Below, piece after piece: positions 20,701 through 28,612 of a stretch of 48,231 nucleotides of DNA. Position 1 is the stretch's first letter; every line of letters begins with the position of its first letter. The notes under the pieces are model-generated. The model was not told where the DNA came from and made no database searches. It was given only the letters and a program-made list of their open reading frames with translations. The stretch is taken from contig MRSU01003185.1 in NCBI GenBank assembly GCA_008369845.1, forward strand, positions 1 to 48,231. Direction: 5' to 3'. The DNA comes from Trichomonas gallinae (taxonomy: Eukaryota). Position numbers and translations under genes: made by a program.

Positions 20701-22449
20701 CTCCTCGTAATCACTTGGAAGGATCTTCTTGCATTCTTCAATTGGATCTGCTGGAATTGGCTCTGTTATCTTTTTCATGTCCTCGATGTATTGGTAGACT
20801 TGATCGAAAGAAGTCTTAATCAAATTCATCCAGTCCCAGCGCGCCAGTCTATGCGCCTCCTTCATTTCTGGGAGGTCAACTTCGATTTTCCTTTCTGTGA
20901 ATAATTCTGACGTCAATTCTTTGATTTTGTGTGTTTTGAACATATTATAGAACTGGTCGATGTAGCTCAATCCAGTGCTTTCTATCGTATCGCGGACAGG
21001 AACAAATGTCTTGAGGTCCTGATGGCAGTGGAGTTTGAAATAAATCTTCTCGTTTGTTATAGCTGGAATTAATCCTTTGAGTGTTTTAATGACTAGATTT
21101 GCCAAGGCTTCATTTAATCGCAAGTTCATCATCTTTTCCCATGGTTTCTTGAATTTTTCGTTGTTTAGGACAATTTTAGTCAAAAATTGGTCAATGTTGG
21201 GGACAAGAGTTTCACTCGCGTTCCTTCTTTTAGCAATTAAAGCGTTGTTAATTGATTCGAAGAAATAAACGAACATAATTGGGCTGTTTGAGCTTTTCGC
21301 GACATTTTCGATGACATTGTCTGCTGAATAATCCATTAATTCGCCATTAGCTGCAACAAGCATTTGATGATTTACGAAATTTAAATCTGTAATTCTTGAA
21401 GGATCCAATTTACCCATTCCATCGAGATCTATAAGCGTGGATTCGACAGGTTTCAAGCCTTCTTTCAGAAATTGCTCGGCTTTGTCTGGATCGTTCCATT
21501 CATTTCGATAATCAATAATTGTGTGTGAATATGAATATAAATGATTAATTTCTTGTACAAGAGTTGTAAGATGACGTGATCCACGCATTCTACGCGGCAA
21601 TCTTCGAATAATATCTTCCATAATTTTTGGATCTTGTTTTACAGCTTCATCTTCTGTCTTCATTTGTAGATATGTCTGTTGTTTGATGTTTGACACAGTT
21701 TCTTCGCGATGTTCTACTGCCAAATCTCTTCTGAGCTCAAATCTTTCTTTATCTTCGCTGTCGAATCTAACGGAAAGGCGGTGGACTACTTTCGTCTTTC
21801 CAGTGCTATTCCAGCGAATCGTGTAATTATTTCCAGAAATTGCAATAACTGTGCAAGGAACCCAGCTGCAAGCTCCATCATTTGTCATATACATGCTATG
21901 CGCTGGTATTGGTCCTTCCTTGAGCTTTTGCTGTACTTTTTCAGCAAAATCTGGAGAATCAAAATCTCCTTCATCGAAAAGCGCTAAATTATCATTAGCA
22001 GCTCTTGGAGTAGCTACTATTGGTTCCTTTTGTGGTGTTAATGGCTCCAAAACGTGTGGTCGTGCAGAAATTGAGCCTTTTCCATTCGAACGTTTCGGTA
22101 TAGTGATTTGTGGTATATTTTGCGATGATTTCTTGAGAAAGTTCGCGAATTTGGTTGTAGGAAGATTAGCTGTTGAGCGCGCTGACTTAATTGTCGTTTG
22201 TAAATCTATAAACGCAGAAGTAGCCTTCAAATCAACTGGTGATGGCGCCATTGGAAGATTTGTGCTCGATTTCAATGCTTGGTTCATATAACCAGCATAA
22301 CGAGGTGAAAATTTTGCAATTTGATCTTCTCGAAAATCTTCTTCTTTGCCGTATAATGCTGCAAACACTTTCTCGTTGTCACTCAGGTCCTTGTTCCTGG
22401 GGTTTCTTCCCCTGGGACTCTCGGGAGGCTGAGGTTTCGTGTTTTTCAT
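11779..22449 (-). CDS. Divergent dynein heavy chain-like protein (about 3556 aa)
   Basis: Linker motifs NPNYRQRHWKQI, KRKAFPRFRLLSD; YGFEY.G; AAA2 GPPLSGKT and IIFDGPADAVWME; FETSDISRASPAT; FAMYWSFAG; stalk coiled coil with MTBD-like IKNMPNPPQGV. Most likely ATG 22449 (alternative in-frame ATGs slightly upstream). Confidence 0.9.
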   Translation of the reverse strand: MKNTKPQPPESPRGRNPRNKDLSDNEKVFAALYGKEEDFREDQIAKFSPRYAGYMNQALKSSTNLPMAPSPVDLKATSAFIDLQTTIKSARSTANLPTTKFANFLKKSSQNIPQITIPKRSNGKGSISARPHVLEPLTPQKEPIVATPRAANDNLALFDEGDFDSPDFAEKVQQKLKEGPIPAHSMYMTNDGACSWVPCTVIAISGNNYTIRWNSTGKTKVVHRLSVRFDSEDKERFELRRDLAVEHREETVSNIKQQTYLQMKTEDEAVKQDPKIMEDIIRRLPRRMRGSRHLTTLVQEINHLYSYSHTIIDYRNEWNDPDKAEQFLKEGLKPVESTLIDLDGMGKLDPSRITDLNFVNHQMLVAANGELMDYSADNVIENVAKSSNSPIMFVYFFESINNALIAKRRNASETLVPNIDQFLTKIVLNNEKFKKPWEKMMNLRLNEALANLVIKTLKGLIPAITNEKIYFKLHCHQDLKTFVPVRDTIESTGLSYIDQFYNMFKTHKIKELTSELFTERKIEVDLPEMKEAHRLARWDWMNLIKTSFDQVYQYIEDMKKITEPIPADPIEECKKILPSDYEEHLKGAVPTVDSREINLNVIREKLSAALKAHKEFTIKFKPLKSFGALYVDFTRFFDMIKAKTNEFYDRIFKYMNAQTDKQVDTIGGMISSLIFKTTAAPKTVEEWYDKHIILIHIMSHVSEIQATLDYLLVMMDFMGEFLFEPEQSFAATYKIKSDLHKIILMIDDLNKKDIEEKKRFIEQHKKDIEKLTVDISDFQEDLLLYVTKDVNKEAERTHQQLLEDKERLNRIISTCSLYQSRDHKLDLEQTDYPMLTNIQTDIEMLLPAWTISVALDTTAQDWLGTIFKQLDVEMITNTVVEWDNTVKKLQQDIIDVSKTERHKKFLVDGKHPLEEPYSELQTRVQYMLMHLPIIRYICNPNYRQRHWKQISEIADFQIGPNDDYTWNWLIEYGVEAHIIPISAISKAATNEAKIEIAITKMCEDLSKLRFKVTQTEQGVHLDDPATALILLAKHQQIMQEIFVPPYIQPFISKVKDYEILSANIRQVLKQSLETEERINELKPAMESTDLKTQHNKMTTTFEDKVDAFKNFATNFKLSATFHMILSNQATADECNAITTDLIKVKEQLQEVLELKRKAFPRFRLLSDSQLITVISNGEHPSKIPGIFSLMYPSINCAVFESNTYCLGFMSQGGEYFEFIQKVRITPECIEGWFIAFDQQITYTLKTLGRKIIQSPISNIEKMAVTYPSQLLTLVFNLNFTTNVNKCIMEFEGKFTENASTKLKTNLRMVYDNICNDLQVLKAAYKKTNQVQISNMIIVCINHRDVLAELLKKDTITPLDPLWLATPKYTIVDMNDFSVNVTVGNSTVPYGFEYAGSNLPVIMTHGMRKFFVQMMACLSNGSFPLVSGWAADKKLEFLNNFLNAIGRQPFIYPCHYHTTIERMLEFVSKAAECNAFVAFKDIYSLQADVLSDCCIELLNMKEKAPTHIFATYTLESDKTCHIPEILKLTFRPVDVPSSEIKERFHVLLAAMSIEANGLAEILAEIATTGSMAFHEPLSSALSYVNLLYHVQKAPITTNDPISEVHERIVRNLIDKFGEEDVKDVIEYVNAVFGKRANISIQIQKINMHKDEKFNEKLNALNEALSKHLGVIIHGPPLSGKTALIKEYCNYKTITPMHVFPYAYDLHDLYGDATSGALSQMLQTKDTIIFDGPADAVWMETLSVGMTSSRRLYFGDGSITNLRPQTRFIFETSDISRASPATLAQCATIYLGDDFLTVNKRIEGFLRKIENDKNIVEPLSHTILSSHIQITELTKVTEDAINHFLNSIDINLSSLAAFFKTLRSIIYNYYLVPMGSKVKRSAEKLIEHIPKFVIFAMYWSFAGRVVGDARAKLDQKLTNAAMKKDINLNGLSISQVYFNFDKDKWEPWASLSDSRIIGDPMKLVDREPKHLLFDPAVILPLAFLSQQLLSRNQHVVIGTPPGCDQSVIANIIQHMPVIMDRFAPQAYAFSATDNHKTLRRMMASILPDSRSAQSAVKSLALRIPLLSILGFNCSTRNTAAEIVRYIFMHKGIPSEIGAHNEPTCGLTFCLYSNTDVLNMPLASHTFAIAVPEMSKIAEIHAVYQAVKVLWEIDRPEISGLLLDMLESVKSSFKFSMSHLFIVLQRVGKIMVNHEADRLCDVLAHQAVRVFYDAFHDQNILAAINISMRNISKALGMELTTNVFDIAGNSILTNLNSDNYREVTCFADLMRKKDERSKGRRRTSRRISILRFTADDSDADSDLSNLRGINSFLRLDIITVSQALSMPKNHLDIFTSQMSLGKDLVKEACAIGHITLVEKHLFVPLMKIFHDTLLEAGKTKRHHVLFIDANTLSDSDQTLLNTLMRTFNVFGLFSRGELLQIMTDIYSQTGQYIDPFNDNSLETLKNYNEIIADFLIDCEMNFHFAIVHLRPLGSIEADAEIVSNASVYTPFYSHDDFIDGHTESVMNNLTPFPYDTGIKQYMISDTFKALKALPIMQNYPYLLSVQNLSHIVSAFVNYQNKRFPKIKERLDNYEKLRDLSHSLADYISEEIRKSQEMEQQLVNLTNEFERSAQELEEMQKVTEDEIANTDRETSILRQEELKADKMRRELAQELAKTNQILEVATQEIKNIKATDIAIIKNMPNPPQGVIIIVPAVTSLLGIDTSGMNINTEDGKNKIWALGRKIMGETSFKVKLTASVNENITPATVNKLRSIVNDPNFQLSVIERASSAAKAIAIFIRAIIPYAEAIWNHKERVKEMAIFDENLEKLRKKSNEAAEKLNACKRKTLELTENREKIMKQRENIEAKLTKQRNAIEDYKVIEGVITQYVETCNAEYEAVLNEAMRSEKLSFLQMVFMNVAGPFSDSERDEIFNTIKLDGYTRKDLLTEDEPMVMKWTRTDMPVSWHWRENTSILSPENGRWVVAENAYQLSTTYLKKVICRQSVQFISARSKTFDDEFVNSISSQVGIVIYDFDFNNPNLVVPVICRARQTGSTFVYNNETLTVPKDFFVVFAVDELPHIESLGMDVELIRFVIDNNTNAEQIALRAFELTHTNNYNESVKTDNNIIHSMQIIHEKRSELRELLISTGSAIFTNRTVQTDMKILLKEISEQEALLASHKEKFQDLWSEFPMILEASREVVAKFDKYPLPSSLWKMIEGAFYTLNGIRKNDFVQTVTECVTPVLAACLPPDLPQKIDNDQLQQVDAIFKMSGNTRPIIIRSTDTIFAISSLISYLNGRKMAVTAPSKTLKSVTGAMQTGTLCITVCTSTESLEDILGPISKNLGANFVSNEFRLFIFVIGPGLELHSRLFTKADMLFFRHPSSAAQIHAETTRKMKKDQILSGIPKLDSEISARNTHIFNARAHVFENCALCCQLFPLMAREKDKITEFISTYMYENGKQIDESLKRLSITEKQDNSVDFTQTKCQNFINEGRVKNVIKSNNINIIPFIDINRVNSKSLPLCGIDLVGKFTTDIKKVGIDFVPMSSNFVQIPIIKDGRVVARAYVKSTDEVKYVLINSSN

Positions 22450-22579
22450 TATTGAAAGTCGTTGATAATTTTTTTTATACATTTTCGAAAAATACTGCAA
22501 TATAATGATTCTTTGTGTCATAAAAAGCAATTTTTGCACTAAAAATCTTGAAAATTCGCAAATTTTAGAAAATTTGTAA

Positions 22580-22860
22580 ATTTTAGATTTCACTGGATTT
22601 TCTTTAAATGATTGAATTAGTCACATCGCACATATGCATATTTCAACTTATAAATTGTTTCTTTTAAATTTCAATTTCAAAATTTCAGATATCACTGATT
22701 TCGCTCTGTTTTACTTATTCCATTGAATTAGTCACATCCAATATAGTTATATTTCAACTTATAAAATGCAAACTCTAAAAAATTCTTTCCAAAATTCAGG
22801 TGTCAATGATTTTGATACATTTTCTTTATTTCATTCAATGAGATATATCCAATATATTTT
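22580..22860. repeat. Three degenerate 111-bp tandem units upstream of the dynein-like gene
   Basis: ATTGAATTAGTCACATC at 22611 and 22722; degenerate third copy at 22833; ATATTTCAACTTATAAA shared by the first two copies. Confidence 0.75.
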
Positions 22861-23098
22861 TAATTTTTAGTAAAATTTGAAATTGTTCACATCTCAAATA
22901 GAAATTCTGTTATAATGGTTTCATGCATTTATTCTTGAAACAATTGATTTTACACATGAATTTAATCGGTTTTTAATGCTCTTCTTAGATAGTATCGTTC
23001 ATCAAAGTTTATCAAGAATTTCGTTTTTTCATTTATGAGCAAAATATAATGATGAAATGATTACTCATAATCATTTTAAAATGATAATCGTATCAAAA

Positions 23099-23210
23099 AA
23101 GTCAAATATCTATGGCTTTCTAATCAGAGACATAAAACCTGATGTTATTTTGTTGCAAATAGCTGAACCAAATTACCTCAATGAATTGGCAGCATTCCAC
23201 ACATATTTTC
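23099..23210 (+). pseudogene. Protein kinase relic
   Basis: 23111-23155 reads YGFLIRDIKPDVILL, resembling the HRDIKPDNILL catalytic loop. No intact ORF around it. Confidence 0.45.
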
Positions 23211-23447
23211 TGTTGGAAATTCATTAAATATTTTTGAAAAATATTAAAAATAGAAGCTTTGATGATAAGACAGAGAAAAACAATAATATATTCTCTTGAT
23301 CAAATCATATTCCAACATTTATTGTCTATTTTTGTTGATTTGATTTCAATCGAGGTTCTTAAGCTTCTGTAAAAATCAGTAAATAAGATAAGATTTCGTT
23401 GGTTTTGATTTGATTGAGTAAAATATAAGTTTTTATAAAGGAGGCAT

Positions 23448-23726
23448 TTACTTGGCCATGGATTCACGGATACGCTTGTAGGCGGCACGAGCTGTGAGAG
23501 CAGCTGGTGTTGTTGGTGTGTAAGCACCACCAGCGACGGCCTTGCCGCACTTAAGGCAGGTCCAAATGCCGACAGCGTTACGCTTGACGGATTCCTTGCC
23601 GCAGAAAGCGCATGGGTACTTCTTGCGCTGGGAGATTTCGATCTTCTTGATTGTCTTACGGAGGGAAGCACCATAGCGAACGCCATACTTGCCGCAAATA
23701 CCTACTTTCTTTGTTCTACGAGCCAT
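23448..23726 (-). CDS. RPL37A: 60S ribosomal protein eL43 (L37a)
   Basis: [24 protein letters not shown]...[27 protein letters not shown] at 23726. Confidence 0.98.
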   Translation of the reverse strand: MARRTKKVGICGKYGVRYGASLRKTIKKIEISQRKKYPCAFCGKESVKRNAVGIWTCLKCGKAVAGGAYTPTTPAALTARAAYKRIRESMAK

Positions 23727-23732
23727 GTGAAA

Positions 23733-23757
23733 AAAGGACGGCCAACTCAAAAGTGAC
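23733..23757 (-). promoter_or_regulatory. CCTTT (M5-like) initiation element plus GTCACTTT
   Basis: Minus strand CCTTT at 23733-23737, a few nt before the RPL37A ATG. This matches the Trichomonas M5 element described for ribosomal-protein genes. Confidence 0.6.
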
Positions 23758-24118
23758 AAAATTCAGAGGAAAACTGAACAAAAGTGACAGATCTGATTTT
23801 GTCACTTTTAATACTTCTTTAGTTTTGCTGTTTTCTTTTAAAAATAGCAATTTTATTGTATCTTTCTCGGTAAATATTAAGTCAAAATTGATAAAATATT
23901 TTTCAAAAAACTAGCAGACTAAAAAGTGACAAAATATTATTTTGTTGCAAAACTCGTTGAATCAAAATTTTATTTCGATCAAATTGATGCTTAATACTAT
24001 AGAATATATTTTGAAACGCGTTAGGCGCGTTTTTTGAGGAGTGCATATTCCATCTTCTTCATCTAGCATGAATTTGTTAAAAAATAGAATTTATTACAAA
24101 CAAAACAAATAAAATAGA

Positions 24119-26374
24119 TTATGAAGCTTCATTGTTGATGATACCAACAACAACTTCATGTAGCTTCAAGTGCTTAATCAATTCATCAATATCTTTGTCG
24201 CTAGAGTTATTCGTCACAGATAGGTTCGTGAAGTCGTAAACGAAAATTGTGTCAACGTCGTGAAGCATCTTTCTGTAGTATGCAACAGCGCTCGACAAGT
24301 CACCCATGAACAGGGCACCACGTATATCTCCGCCAGCACTATTGAGGAGCTCTTCGTTCTGAGGAAGAAGCTTTTTGAGAGTAGGAACATAAATTGTTAA
24401 TCGCTTGACGATAAAGTTTAATATTTTCAACATGGAGATATTCCAATCATAGAATATTGATGAGAAGTTCTTATTCGTGTTAGTTCTCATCATTGAAACA
24501 ATCATCGGATCTTTAGAAACACTGAATGATATAATACATTGGCTGTCAATAGTATCAGCATCTTGATTTCCAAGTGCTTTATATCTGATCTGCAATTCTT
24601 TCCACTCCGGTTTAAGCGTTCCAGTGCATTCTTCTGGGAAGCTTATTGCGACGAAATTTTGGAAATTGCCGAAAGTGATGTGCTTGAAATCCTGGCATCC
24701 GCTCAGCAGCAGGCCATGCTTGATAAAAGCGAGTACGTGAAGGCGAACTTTGATGAATTCCTGTATCAAAATGTCCATGAACTGCCAATAATCGATTCTC
24801 TCGTCCGTGCTCGTGAATTCTTGGCAAGGCTCCCAGAATGGGAAGATTGCCTTATGCACGGTAACTGCGTCTTCCGGCGAAATAGTGATTTTGGATGTTT
24901 CAGGTTCAATCTGTTCATTTGCGACAAGATCTGCTATGTCAGGAGACGAATATATGATGGAAAATTCAATCATCGTACTGAAGAACCTAAATAATGGGAA
25001 ATCATATTCATATGTCGCAAATTTGTTGAATACCACAATCAAATAATTTGCCTCTTCCATGAAATGCGCTGTTCTGATTAACGTCTTCGTCATCCTATCA
25101 ACGAGATAAGGAGTTTTGTACAGATTCGATAGATATGCGTGCAGAACTTGGTCGAAATTGGTGAATGGTTTTTGTGGATCTTCAAGAGAAATTCCGTTGA
25201 TGAAAATCGAGCAAATTTTCGGAAATATCCAATAATACTTCTTGAATTCGCCTTCATCGTAGGACCTCTCCACTAGTTCTTGCTCTTGTATGTAGTCAAT
25301 GAATGAGAAAATCGTATGTCTCAACGGCGCATGCATGTCACCCGTTGAATCGATTTCTTCCATCGATACAAGTCTGTCGACACTGTCAACTCGCTTGATT
25401 TTCTTCTTCTTGTGCTCTTTGACTGGTAGATTGGAGAGCAGGGAAGCTGTGCTGGAGTTGTTCATCAAGATTGATGAACTCGAAGAGCGAACTTTCGTTT
25501 GATAAAAATCAGTATTAACTTGAACTTCTTTGTCTTCCAAATTCTCGTTGATTTTTATGACTTGTACTGACTTCTGAGCCATTTGGACCTTTAGTCTTTC
25601 ATTTTCTTCCTTTAGAATTGTGATTTGCAGCCTAAGCTCTGTCGCCAAGCTCTTTAGTTGCTCAATTTGGACAGATCTTTCATTCGCTTGATCTCTGTAT
25701 TGTCTTTTCTTTTCCCTTTGTATCTTTGCTTCTGTTTCAACATCTGCTATGTATTTTTTGGTCGATTCTGCTCGCTCAATTTGTGATTTTAATTCTTTTT
25801 CGACAACTGATATGTTGAAGTCTTTTTGGACTAATTTCTCACGTAAATCCTTGATTTCCATGTTGTACGCTTCGTTCAATTTTGGATATTTCTCGATTAA
25901 AGACATATAAAATAATCTGATCTTTGCGAAAAGTTTTCCATGATCATTGCTTATCTCTTTTATCTGTGTGCAGCCTTCATTCCAAGCAAAGTTGTACGCA
26001 TCTGTCATTTTTGATAAAATATCGAATTTTTCTTCTGCGGAAGCTTGGCTGTATCTGTTGACAGGTATTTGAGCTATCGATTCTTCAAGATTTTTAAGGA
26101 GATTCATTGACTTTTCAGGAAATTGTTTGCTAACGATGCAATTTCGGAAATGTGTTAAATCTCTTTGTGTCTGTATAGCGCCTTTCTTGAAACCAACTGT
26201 GTTCAAGGATTTTCCTTCCATTAAAAGCGAAGATGCTTTTTTGTTATCCATTTTCGTGACTCTAACTCTTGAAATTGACGCGTTTGTCCTTCGAGAACTC
26301 TCAGACATCAAAGTCTCCGGTCGTCCGCTCTTGATTTCTATTAACGGAACTGGCGCCTGAGGCTTCTCAGTCAT
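24119..26374 (-). CDS. Coiled-coil protein with an axonemal dynein light chain (p28)-like segment
   Basis: AYNFAWNEGCTQIKEISNDHGKLFAKIR resembles the p28/AXDND1 motif (F.ELIRQV...C.ERG.LL..IR); followed by long coiled coil and a helical C-terminal half. Confidence 0.55.
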   Translation of the reverse strand: MTEKPQAPVPLIEIKSGRPETLMSESSRRTNASISRVRVTKMDNKKASSLLMEGKSLNTVGFKKGAIQTQRDLTHFRNCIVSKQFPEKSMNLLKNLEESIAQIPVNRYSQASAEEKFDILSKMTDAYNFAWNEGCTQIKEISNDHGKLFAKIRLFYMSLIEKYPKLNEAYNMEIKDLREKLVQKDFNISVVEKELKSQIERAESTKKYIADVETEAKIQREKKRQYRDQANERSVQIEQLKSLATELRLQITILKEENERLKVQMAQKSVQVIKINENLEDKEVQVNTDFYQTKVRSSSSSILMNNSSTASLLSNLPVKEHKKKKIKRVDSVDRLVSMEEIDSTGDMHAPLRHTIFSFIDYIQEQELVERSYDEGEFKKYYWIFPKICSIFINGISLEDPQKPFTNFDQVLHAYLSNLYKTPYLVDRMTKTLIRTAHFMEEANYLIVVFNKFATYEYDFPLFRFFSTMIEFSIIYSSPDIADLVANEQIEPETSKITISPEDAVTVHKAIFPFWEPCQEFTSTDERIDYWQFMDILIQEFIKVRLHVLAFIKHGLLLSGCQDFKHITFGNFQNFVAISFPEECTGTLKPEWKELQIRYKALGNQDADTIDSQCIISFSVSKDPMIVSMMRTNTNKNFSSIFYDWNISMLKILNFIVKRLTIYVPTLKKLLPQNEELLNSAGGDIRGALFMGDLSSAVAYYRKMLHDVDTIFVYDFTNLSVTNNSSDKDIDELIKHLKLHEVVVGIINNEAS

Positions 26375-26456
26375 GTCAAAAATTTTTCACGTTACAACTC
26401 TGAAAATACTTTTAATCATCATTTTTGCATTACTTATATTATGATGAATTCATTTA

Positions 26457-26915
26457 TCTAAAAATTTCTCCAAAAAATCAATTATTTGCTCGACTTTTTG
26501 ACTAAATTATTATTTTTAATTTCTCTATGATATGAAGATATCATAAACTAGATTTATTTTCGAAATTATATGTTGTGTCAATTTTGATTTAAAATTTATG
26601 ACATGTAAGATGTAAATTAGTGAAATAAAACCGACTTCTGTCATGTAAAAATAGTAGAAAAAAATTTCCAATGAAAATATTAATATTTTCGAATTAGTTA
26701 TATTGTATCAAATTTATTCAACTAAAATTCTCTAAAAAATCAATTATTTACTGAACTTTTTTCCAAAATTGTATTTTTTATGATCTCTATAATGTATAAA
26801 TATCAAAAATTAGATTTATTTTCGAAATATATTTTAATGTCACTTTTATTCAAATTTATGACATGTAAAATATTTAATAAAATCTGACTTATGTCATGTA
26901 AAATAGCAAAAAGAT
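26457..26915. repeat. Degenerate tandem duplication (about 262-bp period) in a divergent promoter region
   Basis: TAGATTTATTTTCGAAAT at 26549 and 26811; AAAAAATCAATTATTT, AAATTTATGACATGTAA and TGTCATGTAAAA present in both copies. Confidence 0.8.
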
Positions 26916-26921
26916 AAAAAA

Positions 26922-27980
26922 ATGATCGATGAGAATTTAGCTGCTGAACTTGGCCAATCATTGATCAATGCTGTCAAAACGAAGAATTTTGATGAAGCTA
27001 GGAGTATTTTGGAGAGAGGTGCAGACCCAAGATGGTCAGACGAAACAGGAATGAACGCAATGGATTATGCTCAGCTTACAAACGATAAAGATTTCTTCAG
27101 GGATATTGTTAAAGCCAACAGAAAGATAAATGTTCGTTGTGTTTTGGCGAAATTGCCAGAATTGATCGATAAAATTTTCCAAATTCCAGATATGTCTTTC
27201 CAATTCAAATGGAAAGTCTACTCTTGGATGCCGCTAGTTACAATGTTCTGTCCTAATGATGTATGGACAGTCTACAAAGTCGGTGGAAAAGTTCGCATCG
27301 ATTCGACCACGGCTGATTGGACTGGAAGCCGCTGGGCTAGAGGTGATGTCTCTCTTTACATCGATCTACAAGTCCCAGACCTAATGGATTCATTTGTCGT
27401 TATCGATAACATAACTGGAGAAAGAGTAAATCTTCTCCGCGAAGTAGAAAACAGCGACGAACTCGACATTGATGTCGACAACTTGCTGCAAATGGATCTG
27501 TTGAAAGGAGCTCTTCATCCTGAAGTCTTCAAAATCGAACGCACTAAAGGAACGTTCGGCCGCACACTTCCACCCGTCACACATGAAAACAGGTGGAAGG
27601 CGACGCAGTACGACCTGACAAATGCCAAAATTACCTTCTTGCATTATTACGCTGAAGAATTTGGCAAAGAAAATCCACAACCGATCAATCATACAAAGAC
27701 ATATAGCGGAAGATTCTGGTGTAGCAAAGAATTCCCTGTACAGCCAAGCACAATTACGCCTTTTTTGGAAGCATTGACGCCATTCAAAGAAACAGCGAAA
27801 AATTTGCTTACTCTGCTTGGAATGTTCGAAGCAGGAATGCCAGTCAAGGCTACAGTCTACGTATTTCCAACAGTTAAGTTCTCATTTGAAATTGTTAATT
27901 TTACAGACAATGTTGGCTTGTTTGGTGCTAAAGTTGAGATGCCACCTCCACCAGAACCAAAACCAGAAGCAACAAATTAA
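26922..27980 (+). CDS. ANKRD13-like protein (ankyrin repeat plus GPCR-chaperone domain)
   Basis: N-terminal ankyrin repeat; IPDMSFQFKWKVYSWMPLVTMFCPNDVWTVYKVGGKVRIDST matches ANKRD13 (PDF..EMKW.F.SW.PLV...CP.D...IWK.G...R.D.T); W.S..FP and GMPVK motifs. Confidence 0.85.
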   Translation: MIDENLAAELGQSLINAVKTKNFDEARSILERGADPRWSDETGMNAMDYAQLTNDKDFFRDIVKANRKINVRCVLAKLPELIDKIFQIPDMSFQFKWKVYSWMPLVTMFCPNDVWTVYKVGGKVRIDSTTADWTGSRWARGDVSLYIDLQVPDLMDSFVVIDNITGERVNLLREVENSDELDIDVDNLLQMDLLKGALHPEVFKIERTKGTFGRTLPPVTHENRWKATQYDLTNAKITFLHYYAEEFGKENPQPINHTKTYSGRFWCSKEFPVQPSTITPFLEALTPFKETAKNLLTLLGMFEAGMPVKATVYVFPTVKFSFEIVNFTDNVGLFGAKVEMPPPPEPKPEATN

Positions 27981-28612
27981 ATATAAATGTATTTTTGTTA
28001 ATATGAATAAAGTGTTATGTTAAAATAATATATTATTCAGATTGATATGCATTGTGTTTTCGATAAAGATATATTAGTCTAATACTTTCTCAATAAAAAA
28101 TTATTGATAATCAAATTGCTTCAGTTTTGCGAGTAAATTACATTCCTTATGTGAGCATACTTGTTTGTAAATGCGTATATTTAAACACAGAAAGTGTAAA
28201 TTTGCTATTATCAATATGAAACACAATATCAATAAAATATACATTGAATTTTTGACTGAAAGTCGCACCATGCGTTATACTGCTCATAAGTTGTCTATGG
28301 AAGCAAAGAATAACCCCCCATACCTATGGTTTCTGGAATAGAAAATATAAACATTTTCAATTGAATACTAACTAAATTAGTGAATAAAAAATCGATTTTT
28401 TTAATTTTTAAAGAAAGAGCGCGTTCTATCTTCAAAGCAAATAATTGAATGTATTTATTAATAGCAAATGGTTGACTTTATCACAAAAAATTAGTAGAAT
28501 ATGAAATTCTAGCAAAGAATCTGAAATCAAACTTTCATCATCATTTTTCTTTTTAATATGACTTACGATTTTGAACTTTTATACATATTCATTGGCAATT
28601 TTTCATTTTTCA

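Noticed and set aside
12173..22505. Dozens of short ORFs inside or antisense to the dynein-like gene
   Set aside because: Shadow ORFs from codon bias of the long minus-strand CDS; no recognisable motifs.
23300..23914. 128-aa and 87-aa ORFs overlapping RPL37A
   Set aside because: Alternative-frame or antisense shadows of the ribosomal protein gene.
23965..24070. AAACGCG-TTAGG-CGCGTTT hairpin and a 35-codon minus ORF (MLDEEDGICTPQ...)
   Set aside because: Only a 7-bp stem, no snoRNA boxes or homology; cannot be supported.
11779..26374. Functional flagellar cluster (dynein-like plus p28-like gene)
   Set aside because: Separated by RPL37A, and the p28 similarity is tentative; adjacency is not evidence of co-regulation.
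28256..28268. 13-mer CTGAAAGTCGCAC also found at 34878-34890
   Set aside because: Flanks do not extend; a single 13-bp match in 48 kb can arise by chance.
28295..28345. Minus-strand ETIGMGGYS resembling a kinase Gly-loop
   Set aside because: Too short, followed by a stop and no further kinase motifs.
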